Of a stretch of 64,000 nt of DNA, positions 39,631-48,117 are shown piece after piece. This DNA comes from Nitrosopumilus sp. (GTDB lineage Archaea > Thermoproteota > Nitrososphaeria > Nitrososphaerales > Nitrosopumilaceae). The DNA is taken from contig JAANXA010000014.1 in NCBI GenBank assembly GCA_018263505.1, positions 4,319 through 68,318 of the forward strand. Reading direction: 5' to 3'. The position numbers were made by a program, and so were the translations under genes. The notes under the pieces were generated by a model. It was given only the letters and a program-made list of their open reading frames with translations, ran no database searches and was not told the DNA's origin. The stretch's first letter is position 1, and each line of letters begins with the position of its first letter.

Positions 39631-40962
39631 ATGAATAGTAGGCGCAATGAACAAAATTTTCCCCCCTTAAATCCAACCCAACATCGTATTGGTGTGAAAG
39701 AAAAAGAGAGAGGAATCGACTGGCACAACTCAAAGAGAAGGGCGGAGCTTGCAAAGATGAGAATTCAAAGACGATTCTCAAAAGAAAATACAGCTGTTGC
39801 CTGGAGATTTGTGGACCGATTGAGGCTTGATAACATGTCCTATGGAAGAATTGAAAACTATTCTGGCTCTGTAATCAGAATACTTCATCTCAAAGATGAC
39901 AAAGAAATCAAAGACTGGTCCAAAGAAGAAATTGAAAAAGTACACATGATGATAGCAGACTCGTCATACGAAAATTCGGTCAAAAAAGATACCCTTACTG
40001 CACTCAAAAGGTTCTATCATTTTGCAGTACACAATGAAATTGTTGTCAAATCAAAAAATCAGGAGTATGATCCCAACGTTGCATGGATAACCCCTGGGTC
40101 ATTTCGTGATAAGTTTGAAAAAATACAACCCCGGGATCTTCTCACTGATGAAGAAATACTGCAGCTAATTCAGGCCGTAAAAAAGATTGGAGGAAAATAT
40201 GTGAAAAGAAACATTGCACTCGTATTTGTTCTACTTGAAGGAGCATACCGTCCGGGTGAGCTTCTTAACATTAGGATGGGAGGAATTGAATTTCATAAAG
40301 ACTTTGTGCAAATTCACACTACTGGTAAAACTGGTCCAAAGTCACTTACCCTTGTTGCGTCATACAATCCTCTCAGGGAGTGGTTAAATGAGCATCCAAA
40401 AGATGGCAATCCTTCTGCATTTCTCCTGTATCATGACAATGAAAGCGAGGTCATGAGATACTGGGCACTTGATCATCTCATAAGAAAGGCAAGGGAAAAA
40501 GCTGGAATTACAAAACGTGTATGGCCATATCTGTTTAGACACACGGCATTAACTGAGTATAGCAAAAAGCTAGGAAATATTGCTAAAATTTACGGCAACT
40601 GGTCAAAGGACTCAGACATGCTATCTCACTATGAACACCTTGCAAGCTCAGACCAGCAAGATGCTGTTTTGAAGCTTCATGGTCTTAAAAAAGACGATGA
40701 ACAAAATTCAATCTTGTTTTCCAAAGTCTGCCCTGACTGCAAGCAGCAAAACAGCAGCGACAAGTCGCATTGCATTCGCTGTGGAATGGGACTCTCAAAG
40801 GAGCTTGCACAGGTAAGGCAGGCAATGCTGGAGAAGAGACAAAACTCTGATGTTAAAACACTTGAAAGGAAATTTTCAAAGAAGATAAGGAATCTGGAAT
40901 CATTAATCATAGAACAGCGAAGATTCATCCAACAGCTTGTCAATGACAAGACTGCAAAGTGA
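39631..40962 (+). CDS. int: tyrosine recombinase / phage-type integrase with a C-terminal zinc ribbon and coiled-coil tail
   Basis: Catalytic pattern R207 (GAYRPGELL), R303-H304 (YLFRHTALT), W324, Y334 (LSHYEHL). Zn ribbon CPDCKQQNSSDKSHCIRCG at aa 367-384. Confidence 0.85.
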   Translation: MNSRRNEQNFPPLNPTQHRIGVKEKERGIDWHNSKRRAELAKMRIQRRFSKENTAVAWRFVDRLRLDNMSYGRIENYSGSVIRILHLKDDKEIKDWSKEEIEKVHMMIADSSYENSVKKDTLTALKRFYHFAVHNEIVVKSKNQEYDPNVAWITPGSFRDKFEKIQPRDLLTDEEILQLIQAVKKIGGKYVKRNIALVFVLLEGAYRPGELLNIRMGGIEFHKDFVQIHTTGKTGPKSLTLVASYNPLREWLNEHPKDGNPSAFLLYHDNESEVMRYWALDHLIRKAREKAGITKRVWPYLFRHTALTEYSKKLGNIAKIYGNWSKDSDMLSHYEHLASSDQQDAVLKLHGLKKDDEQNSILFSKVCPDCKQQNSSDKSHCIRCGMGLSKELAQVRQAMLEKRQNSDVKTLERKFSKKIRNLESLIIEQRRFIQQLVNDKTAK

Positions 40963-41051
40963 GGAATTTGAAAAATAAATTGATAGCCATTTTGAGCAGA
41001 CAGAATCATTTCTCAAATAATTTTATTAAGTTAGGAATTTTCCAGTAATAA

Positions 41052-41588
41052 ATGGAAAAGATCAATGAAGATGATGAAAATTTTGATAAAATCAAAATTT
41101 TCTCTTCTGATGATGACAAATTAAAAATTCTTGGAGAACTATTGAGTAACAAATCCAGTAGAGACATCATAAAATTACTGATAGGAAAAGAAATGTACAT
41201 AAACGAGATCGCAAAAAAATTAGATCTCAAAGTAAGTTTGGTAATACATCATTTACAAAAGATGGAAGTAATAGGTCTACTTGAAATTACAAAAAAGAAA
41301 ATTGCCAGAGAAGGAGAAACGCATCGCTTTTTTAAAATCCCGTCAGGAATGTTAATTTTTCCTAAACAATCTGAGGAAGAAGTAAACAATGGTGTTTTAA
41401 AGAAAATTTTCAAAAGGGGAATAAAATTTGCAATTATTGGGTTTGTGGCAGTATTTTCTTGGGTCTATATTCAAAACAGTCCTACAATTTATAGCGAAAA
41501 TGTAAAAGATTATAATTTTACAATTCCTTTAGCAGTGATTTTAATTGGATTGCTTATCGAAAAAATTATAAAAAAAATAAAGAGATAA
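41052..41588 (+). CDS. membrane-tethered ArsR-like winged-helix transcription factor
   Basis: wHTH pattern LKILGELLSNKSSRDIIKLLIGKEMYINEIAKKLDLKVSLVIHHLQKMEVIGLLE, followed by two hydrophobic helices (FAIIGFVAVFSWVYI and IPLAVILIGLLI). Confidence 0.7.
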   Translation: MEKINEDDENFDKIKIFSSDDDKLKILGELLSNKSSRDIIKLLIGKEMYINEIAKKLDLKVSLVIHHLQKMEVIGLLEITKKKIAREGETHRFFKIPSGMLIFPKQSEEEVNNGVLKKIFKRGIKFAIIGFVAVFSWVYIQNSPTIYSENVKDYNFTIPLAVILIGLLIEKIIKKIKR

Positions 41589-41592
41589 ACTG

Positions 41593-42786
41593 CTATAATA
41601 CGGCAGTTGCCCCTAGATGCGTTGATATTCTATCTACTGGTGACCAATATGCTTCATCCCAAAAAGACTGACCTCCGCTAATTACTCCATACAAGCTTGT
41701 ACCTGCAGAGTTTGTAACTGGAGCTCCACTATCGCCGAATGTTATATCCATTGAAGAAGCCTTTACGAGATGGTTTACTTCAGTGCCAAAAGGCCATGTT
41801 CCGTAATAAGCTGTAAAATCAGTATCAACAACAGTTCCCCATACTAGATCAGACTCATCTCCTGACATTAAGACATAGTCACCTGATTGAGAAGATGCGC
41901 TTGTTGTGCTTGATGGATCATATGTACTTCCTGCGGCAAGATAAATTACTTCATCAATGTCACTTGTAGAAGCACCTACAAATGCACAGTCGCAGGAAGT
42001 TCCATCATAGTATAATTCTGCTGTTACTGTTCCAAATGGATTTTGATTACCTGTTGGGTGATACACACTTTGTCCTACATCACCATCCGCGCAATGTCCT
42101 GCAGTAACAAATCCTGGGGCGCCAGATCTTGTTGCCTCAAATCCGAAAGTACAATCACCACTAGTATGTGCTTCAATTGAAGCTCCTCCAATTACTGGAT
42201 CACAATTGTGTCTACTTGTACAAGAAAAAGTTGTTGGTGAATCTCTAAACTTTATGGTGAATGATTCTTCATCAGGGATCAATTCATGCAACTTGTTTCT
42301 TATTTCCGCAACATTTGCTCTATTTTCTGGCGTATCTAGGATCTCAAATGACAGTTGTTTGTTTATTGCATCAGTTCCCATGCCTACTATAGGAATTCCT
42401 GAAAAGTCCGTATTTTCACGAATTTCTGCTAATTCTGCTTGTCTTTCTGGTGCAACATAATATCTGTCATTGTTTTTTTTCTCTATCTCAGCAAATTCGT
42501 CTTCAATTTTAGCCACTTCGGAATTTATTTCTTGAATTCTTTCTATATTTCCAACTGGATCACTTTTTTCAAGCTCTTGTTTTTCTGCTAATAGATGAAG
42601 ACGTTTTTCCATAATTTTAGATACTCTTTTGAGATCTTGTTGTTCTTCTACTGATAGATCAGTTTTTTTGGTTACATCTTTTACTGCTACATTTTCTGCA
42701 TCTGCAAAATGAATTCCAGCTATAGGAATTACTAATGCAACAGTCAAAGCTGCAAACAAAGCAATTTTGAAGTTCTTCGTAGTCAT
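41593..42786 (-). CDS. secreted chymotrypsin-fold serine protease, alpha-lytic/streptogrisin type (S1E), with an N-terminal pro-region
   Basis: Signal anchor MTTKNFKIALFAALTVALVIPIAG. Coiled-coil plus pro-domain-like IVGMGTDAINKQLSFEILD. Triad motifs VTAGHCADG, CDCAFV and GDSGAPV. ATG at 42786 preferred over the TTG-extended ORF. Confidence 0.8.
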   Translation of the reverse strand: MTTKNFKIALFAALTVALVIPIAGIHFADAENVAVKDVTKKTDLSVEEQQDLKRVSKIMEKRLHLLAEKQELEKSDPVGNIERIQEINSEVAKIEDEFAEIEKKNNDRYYVAPERQAELAEIRENTDFSGIPIVGMGTDAINKQLSFEILDTPENRANVAEIRNKLHELIPDEESFTIKFRDSPTTFSCTSRHNCDPVIGGASIEAHTSGDCTFGFEATRSGAPGFVTAGHCADGDVGQSVYHPTGNQNPFGTVTAELYYDGTSCDCAFVGASTSDIDEVIYLAAGSTYDPSSTTSASSQSGDYVLMSGDESDLVWGTVVDTDFTAYYGTWPFGTEVNHLVKASSMDITFGDSGAPVTNSAGTSLYGVISGGQSFWDEAYWSPVDRISTHLGATAVL

Positions 42787-42850
42787 TATTAATTTCCATA
42801 ATTGGAAATCATAAAAGAATTTAGTCAATCCAGATTGAGCTAATTCTTAT
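42776..42850. repeat. left arm of an inverted repeat (perfect 68-bp core 42776-42843)
   Basis: The reverse complement equals 43232-43299 exactly. Seven more matching nt follow a 2-nt indel. Covers the upstream region plus the first four codons of the protease gene. Confidence 0.92.
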
Positions 42851-43222
42851 ATTCAAAACATTAAATTTTCATGCCAAGTGCAAAGAAATTGTAGGAAATG
42901 ATCAATTAGAAAAATTTGTGAAAAAAATTTCTTTCGTCATTCCAAAATTAACATCTGTCATAACTGCCTGGCAGCGAAGCAGTTTATCAAATACAACACA
43001 ACCACACCATAATTGCTAGAAGGTGACTTTCAAATTATAAAGAAAATGCAAGTATCGATACTTTGATTTTTTTTTAACTGAAATATCTGCACTTGTGTTT
43101 GTTACCAACAATCTAAAATACATAAGTTCATCTATAATCGTCTTTTTACGGTGTAGTAACACGATAATGTCAGAACAAATTTTGATAAAACAAACAAAAA
43201 CAATTTTTGAGAAATTCCTATT

Positions 43223-43299
43223 ATAAGAACATTAGCTCAATCTGGATTGACTAAATTCTTTTATGATTTCCAATTATGGAAATTAATAATGACTACGAA
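43223..43299. repeat. right arm of the inverted repeat (perfect 68-bp core 43232-43299)
   Basis: See the left arm. Contains a TATA-like ttttatga 25-32 nt upstream of the ATG at 43289. Confidence 0.92.
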
Positions 43300-44200
43300 A
43301 ACAACAAAAACAATTGCATTGATGTCAATCATTGCGGGCATACTTGTTACTAGTTCTATTGTCCTGAACGCAGTACAAGTGAATGCAGCAGAGATAGAGT
43401 CTCCTAAAAGATACACTGCAGAAATTCTTTCCAGTGAAGTAAAGAATGTGTATTATTCTGGCGATACTAAAGTTCAGCGATTAGAGGTAACTATCAAAGC
43501 CAAAGAACTTCCAACCTTTGAAGAATTAGTTGAAGACAATCAAAAATACTATGATTGGCTAACCTCTAATTTCGGAAAGAGAGGTGAAATGAAGGTAGAA
43601 GAGCTAAAGGCAGAATTGAAGCAAACAGTTGACAATAGACCTGATGTAATGACCGTAAATATGGTTAGAGTAGGAGATCATTCTATTCTATTTGGAGATG
43701 AATCATATGATTCACCAATGGGAAATGCAAAAGATCCAGTAAACATGGTCTTTTATGAAGATGCTACTACCTCTCAAACAGATACTGTTATTGATTCCTA
43801 CGCAGACAATAATTGGGGTGGGGATGGAGTATCACCACAACAATATGTTCTAATCAACAATGTGCCTCATGGAGGAACTTTGGATTGGGTACAAAGTGAT
43901 CATCAACAGTACAAAGGAAACATTGTAGGTCAAAGAGAACATGTACGTTTGTTTGGCGGAGATTATGACACACACAGTGTTTACGATTATTGGTCTGTAG
44001 GTACTGCACATCAAGAAACATGGAATACTTTGTGTCTATGTCATGAGATTGATTCTTGGGAAAATGCTGAATCCGAGCTTAGGAATGATCTGGTCGGTCA
44101 AACTGGTGTAGGGAATGTTGGAACATACAATCAAGGAAATTCAGGTTACTGGCAAGGCGAATACAATAACGGCGTTGCACGTCTAATCGAGCTGACATAA
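43289..44200 (+). CDS. secreted protein of unknown function (His/Trp/Asp-rich C-terminal domain)
   Basis: Signal peptide MTTKTTKTIALMSIIAGILVTSSIVLNAVQVNA|AE. Segments DPVNMVFYED and REHVRLFGG faintly recall LssY_C-type domains, but this is unverified. Confidence 0.6.
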   Translation: MTTKTTKTIALMSIIAGILVTSSIVLNAVQVNAAEIESPKRYTAEILSSEVKNVYYSGDTKVQRLEVTIKAKELPTFEELVEDNQKYYDWLTSNFGKRGEMKVEELKAELKQTVDNRPDVMTVNMVRVGDHSILFGDESYDSPMGNAKDPVNMVFYEDATTSQTDTVIDSYADNNWGGDGVSPQQYVLINNVPHGGTLDWVQSDHQQYKGNIVGQREHVRLFGGDYDTHSVYDYWSVGTAHQETWNTLCLCHEIDSWENAESELRNDLVGQTGVGNVGTYNQGNSGYWQGEYNNGVARLIELT

Positions 44201-44229
44201 ATACTCCACCACATTATTTTTTTTAAGAT

Positions 44230-44532
44230 ATGAAAATAATCATAGCATTTCTAGTCTACGGATTTGTTGTTTCAATTCTAAATAACATATCTATGGAAAA
44301 ATCAGGAGAATACATAATTTACACATTATTGAATTGGCCAGTAGAACATTTATTCATTCCTCCGTCCTTGCTTTATTTTGCAAATGATATGGGTGATGCG
44401 TTACTACAGGATCAAATAATGATTCTACGAACTGTTGTTAGTGTAATATTTTGGGGCATACTTGGTTTCACAATTCATTCAATACGTAGAATTCTCACCA
44501 AAAACACAATCAAAATCAAATCTACGTTGTAG
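44230..44532 (+). CDS. small multi-pass membrane protein (100 aa)
   Basis: Three hydrophobic segments. Starts 30 nt after the preceding gene, on the same strand. Confidence 0.45.
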   Translation: MKIIIAFLVYGFVVSILNNISMEKSGEYIIYTLLNWPVEHLFIPPSLLYFANDMGDALLQDQIMILRTVVSVIFWGILGFTIHSIRRILTKNTIKIKSTL

Positions 44533-44988
44533 ATAGTAATAATGGCAGGATACAGGTATTTGAATCCATTTTCTCATAGTTTATAATGAATTTCATAACA
44601 CCAAAATTAATTATGATTAATTATTGAAATGTATGTTGTAGCAATAAGAATTTTATTGTAACTTAGAAACTTGACCGATTCTTATGGAGATGGAATCAAT
44701 TTGAACCTAATTTTTAAATGAATGAGGTACTTCTAGTAAAATCCTAGAAGAATCCCATCATCAATGAGTTATACTAGTAAAAGTTAAGAATTCTATTTCT
44801 GGAACAACTTTTGCATTAATTCATGACATTCATAAAACTTTTCTAGCTGGGTTACTATTGTAAAATGGTTGTTACATCACGTAGCTATGAAATGTGAAAA
44901 TACCGAAACACAAAACAGGAAACTTTTCCTATGACTTCAAACTGGTAATTTTTTCATTCATTGTGCTTGCAGAAAACATTATTAATCA

Positions 44989-44999
44989 CTCCCGGCGCC
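44989..44999 (+). repeat. attR core (ctcccggcgcc)
   Basis: Exact copy of the tRNA-Ser 3' terminal 11 nt. Located 3 nt from the stop of the flanking FAD-oxidoreductase gene. Confidence 0.7.
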
Positions 45000-45002
45000 A
45001 TT

Positions 45003-46313
45003 TCATTTTTCTAATTTTTCGATTATTTTTGAAAATTTCCATGGCCCACATTGAGCATCTGAAAATTCATTTTCGATAAACTTGTTCTTGTTTAGGTGAT
45101 TTATGACATGTGCTGCAAATGGTAATGCTCCTGTAGCTCCTGGGGAATTGTAATTCAAAATATGAAACGATTTTTCCCCATCTATCAAAATCACATCTGG
45201 AACAAATTTCCCATTTTCATCAATTACTGATGAGCGAATTCCTGCAGTTCCTTTCTCTGTAATTTTTTCTGAATCTATTTTTGGCAAAAATCTCTTCACT
45301 CTGTTTATCATTGCAGTTTTTGAAACTGATGACTGAATTTCATTAATTGCTAATTCTTGAAATTGTTTATCAAAAATTGCTTTCCTTGCCCCTGAACTAA
45401 ACATTTCAATTATTTTTGGAATGAATTCTTTGATATTTTCAACACTATCATACCCATATGGACTAAAAACTGGAACTGCATTTGGACCAATCTCACAACT
45501 TCCATCAACACGTATAATCCAATGAGGATCTAAAAATGGATAGTCTGGAAATTCAGGTACAGAATATACACTAGCTTTAGTTAAATTGTGAAATTCTTTT
45601 GGAACTCTCCAATATTCTCCTCTAAAGTGTACATCTGTGAAGCTTTTTGCAATTCCAACATCATGTGCAATGTTAATTGATTCTCCTCCTGCAGCATTGA
45701 TCAAAAATTTTGTTTTAATTTTTTTTTTTTGATTAATTGTAATTTCCCATTGATCATTTCCTTTTTTTATTTCAGTTACTTTGGAACCTAAAAGAAATTC
45801 CACTCCTTTTTTTTTACTATCTTCCATAATTGAATTAGTAAATATTGAATAATCTGTAGAACCATCTTTGTATACATAGAGAGCTGATTCACATTTAATC
45901 TCAGGCTCCATTTTTTTCATTTCTTTTTTATCAAAAAATTCAATGTCTTTGTCTTCAAGACCATTTTGTTTTCCCCATTTGAGATATTTTTCAAGAACTT
46001 TAACACCTTTTTCATCTAATGCAACTTCAATAACTCCATCTTTTTTAAATGGCAAATCTTTAATTTTGGAATATTCTTCCAACATTTCAAAACCATGGAA
46101 TGCAGCTTTTGCAAAAAGTTTTTTCTTTTCTGGGTTATACAGATATGGGGCATGAACTTTTCCTGTGTTTCTACCGCTTGTATGGACTGCAACTCTTGAT
46201 TCTTGCTCTAATACTGCAATTTTTTTTGATTTGTTAAGATGTGATAGAAAATATGATATTGATGTCCCAAGAATCCCTCCACCAATTATTATAATATCAA
46301 AATTACCTGTCAC
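45003..46313 (-). CDS. FAD-dependent oxidoreductase (DAO family; L-2-hydroxyglutarate/glycerol-3-phosphate oxidase-like)
   Basis: FDIIIIGGGILGTSISYFL dinucleotide-binding motif. 436 aa DAO-like pattern. Confidence 0.8.
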   Translation of the reverse strand: MTGNFDIIIIGGGILGTSISYFLSHLNKSKKIAVLEQESRVAVHTSGRNTGKVHAPYLYNPEKKKLFAKAAFHGFEMLEEYSKIKDLPFKKDGVIEVALDEKGVKVLEKYLKWGKQNGLEDKDIEFFDKKEMKKMEPEIKCESALYVYKDGSTDYSIFTNSIMEDSKKKGVEFLLGSKVTEIKKGNDQWEITINQKKKIKTKFLINAAGGESINIAHDVGIAKSFTDVHFRGEYWRVPKEFHNLTKASVYSVPEFPDYPFLDPHWIIRVDGSCEIGPNAVPVFSPYGYDSVENIKEFIPKIIEMFSSGARKAIFDKQFQELAINEIQSSVSKTAMINRVKRFLPKIDSEKITEKGTAGIRSSVIDENGKFVPDVILIDGEKSFHILNYNSPGATGALPFAAHVINHLNKNKFIENEFSDAQCGPWKFSKIIEKLEK

Positions 46314-46387
46314 TTTAATTCACTCTATTTTGTTTTAATCGATATTAAATTGAATCTGTAATGACCAAACTTAATATCCGATGATTA

Positions 46388-46669
46388 ATGAATTTCGTTA
46401 TGTTGCCTGATAGATGCTCTGTTTCTAAAGATGGAAAACAATGTGTCAATCCGCCCGAATTCATTGTATCTATTGTTGATGTTAAAGATGAATATATGGT
46501 AGGTGTTACTTGTGGACGACACAAGCAAGTTGTTACTGGAAAAATTGGTCATCTTCAAAAAGAAGGAAAAATGCATAATGGGAAAATTAGTTTTGAACCT
46601 GTAAAAGCAGTGGGAACTGATTGCATTCATGGTGATTCTGATGATTTCATCCAAATTGATATGAAATAA
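46388..46669 (+). CDS. hypothetical protein (93 aa)
   Basis: Its composition is more protein-like than that of the fully overlapping antisense ORF (46385-46654). Confidence 0.45.
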   Translation: MNFVMLPDRCSVSKDGKQCVNPPEFIVSIVDVKDEYMVGVTCGRHKQVVTGKIGHLQKEGKMHNGKISFEPVKAVGTDCIHGDSDDFIQIDMK

Positions 46670-46904
46670 TTCTAAAAATTAATTTTAAAAAAAATCTTGT
46701 CTGAAAAAGACAAGGAGAAAAAAATATTATTCTTCAGTTTCCTTCTTTTTTTTATCTTTTTCAGATTGTAGTTTAGCTAATTCTAATTCTTCATTCGTAT
46801 GTTTGAATTTCTTCATTCTAGTTTTATATTAAAATCTGGATATAAAAACTGCAGTTTTTTACTATGATTTACTTTCAAATTATTTTGAAACCTATGCCTA
46901 GATT

Positions 46905-47876
46905 CTAAAATCCTACTGAATAAATTGGCTTTTTTCTATTAATTCCTAAATTCAAATTCTTCACCGTAATCTTTGCCATTTCTTCCCTAGTTTCTTTTGA
47001 TGAACTTCCAATATGTGGTGCTAATACTATGTTTGGGATTTTCATAAACGGATGATTTTTACTAATTGGTTCAAATTCAAAAACATCTAGCCCTGCACCT
47101 GAAATAATCTTCTTTTCGAGTGCTAGACTAAGATCTTTTTCATTCACAATTTTCCCTCTTGCTGTATTTATTAAAAACGCAGAGTCTTTCATTTTTTTAA
47201 AAATCTCCTTGTTAAACATTTGATCAGTTTCTGATGTATGTGGAACATGAATTGAAATAATATCACTTTGTGTGATTAATTTGTTCTGTGAGACATATTT
47301 TACACCTAATGTTTTTTCTTTGTTTTTTGAGATACGATTTCTATTGTGATAAATTATTTTCATGTCAAATGCTTTAGCTCTTCTTGCAAGCGTACTCCCT
47401 ATTCTCCCAAATCCTAAAATCCCCAATGTCTTTCCTTGAAGATCCATTCCTATGTAATCATATGCACCATAAATTTGCCTCCATTTACCACTTCGAATTA
47501 TTCTATCCCCTTCTGAAACTCTGCGCACTACATCAATCATCAAGGCAAATGCCAAATCTGCAGTGGCATCAGTTAAAACTTTTGGAGTGAATCCCACTCG
47601 AATTTTTTTCTTTTTTGCATGATTAATATCAATATGATCAAAACCTACACTATACGTACTAATCACTTTAAGATTTGAACCTAAATCCATTAATTCACTA
47701 TCTATCTTATCATATGGAAAACAAATTAGTCCATCAATATTTTTAATTTTTCTCTCCAAAACATTTCTAGGAATTGGAATTTTTCCAGTATGAATTTCTA
47801 TTTGATATTTTTTCTTTAATTCTTTTAATGCAAATTCATGTAAAGTCCTAGTTAGAAACACTCTTTTTTTTTGCAT
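46905..47876 (-). CDS. D-isomer-specific 2-hydroxyacid dehydrogenase (glyoxylate/hydroxypyruvate reductase-like)
   Basis: NAD motif GILGFGRIGSTLARR. Catalytic-region pattern ...NTARG...D...L..AGLDVFE.EP... and APHIGS. Confidence 0.88.
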   Translation of the reverse strand: MQKKRVFLTRTLHEFALKELKKKYQIEIHTGKIPIPRNVLERKIKNIDGLICFPYDKIDSELMDLGSNLKVISTYSVGFDHIDINHAKKKKIRVGFTPKVLTDATADLAFALMIDVVRRVSEGDRIIRSGKWRQIYGAYDYIGMDLQGKTLGILGFGRIGSTLARRAKAFDMKIIYHNRNRISKNKEKTLGVKYVSQNKLITQSDIISIHVPHTSETDQMFNKEIFKKMKDSAFLINTARGKIVNEKDLSLALEKKIISGAGLDVFEFEPISKNHPFMKIPNIVLAPHIGSSSKETREEMAKITVKNLNLGINRKKPIYSVGF

Positions 47877-47930
47877 TGTTTTTAAGAATTACACTAAACC
47901 ATTTATACGATTTTCTTTTATTCTTTTTAG

Positions 47931-48071
47931 ATGTCTTCTAAAGTTGAAGAAGAATTTGCAATTTGTGTTGAATGTGGAAATTCTATTGAAAAATGTGTTT
48001 GTGTTTGTCCTTATTGTGGTGAACGTGATGAATGTGAATGTGCATTGTTTGATGCAGCAACTGGAGGTTAA
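47931..48071 (+). CDS. 46-aa Cys-rich miniprotein (not in ORF track)
   Basis: ATG..TAA ORF MSSKVEEEFAICVECGNSIEKCVCVCPYCGERDECECALFDAATGG, with eight Cys arranged as CxxC-like pairs. Confidence 0.45.
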   Translation: MSSKVEEEFAICVECGNSIEKCVCVCPYCGERDECECALFDAATGG

Positions 48072-48117
48072 TTTTATTGACAAATCAAATTATTATTCAA
48101 AATGTGGGTAAATTGTT

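Larger units (their letters stand above)
39613..44999. mobile_element. ~5.4 kb integrated element in the 3' end of tRNA-Ser(GGA), bounded by the 11-bp direct repeat ctcccggcgcc
   Basis: Identical 11-mer at 39613-39623 (tRNA 3' end) and 44989-44999. The integrase gene starts 10 nt after the tRNA. The cargo differs from the flanking core genes. Confidence 0.7.

Noticed and set aside
39404-39781. 125-aa minus-strand ORF
   Set aside because: It runs antisense through tRNA-Ser and the integrase 5' end, and shows no protein-like features.
42844-43231. Small ORFs or a separate gene inside the 388-bp spacer between the inverted-repeat arms
   Set aside because: I found only very short ORFs, such as a 7-codon ATG ORF. 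The short palindrome ctgcctggcag at about 42966 is noted but is insufficient to call any feature.
44894-45079. 61-aa plus-strand ORF spanning the attR repeat and the 3' end of the FAD-oxidoreductase gene
   Set aside because: It crosses the element boundary and overlaps a well-supported gene in antisense. The peptide is low quality.
46385-46654. 89-aa minus-strand ORF
   Set aside because: It fully overlaps the plus-strand ORF 46388-46669, which has the more ordinary composition. Only one is likely to be real, and both remain low confidence.
46696-46714. Hairpin cttgtc-tgaaaaa-gacaag as a possible terminator, and a nearby 29-aa minus-strand ORF (46727-46816)
   Set aside because: Archaeal termination relies mainly on oligo-T tracts, not hairpins. 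The ORF is very short, K/E-rich and unsupported.
47889-48083. 64-aa minus-strand ORF between the 2-hydroxyacid dehydrogenase and OFOR genes
   Set aside because: It is antisense to the more convincing Cys-rich 46-aa plus-strand ORF, and the peptide is T/F/N-rich and implausible.
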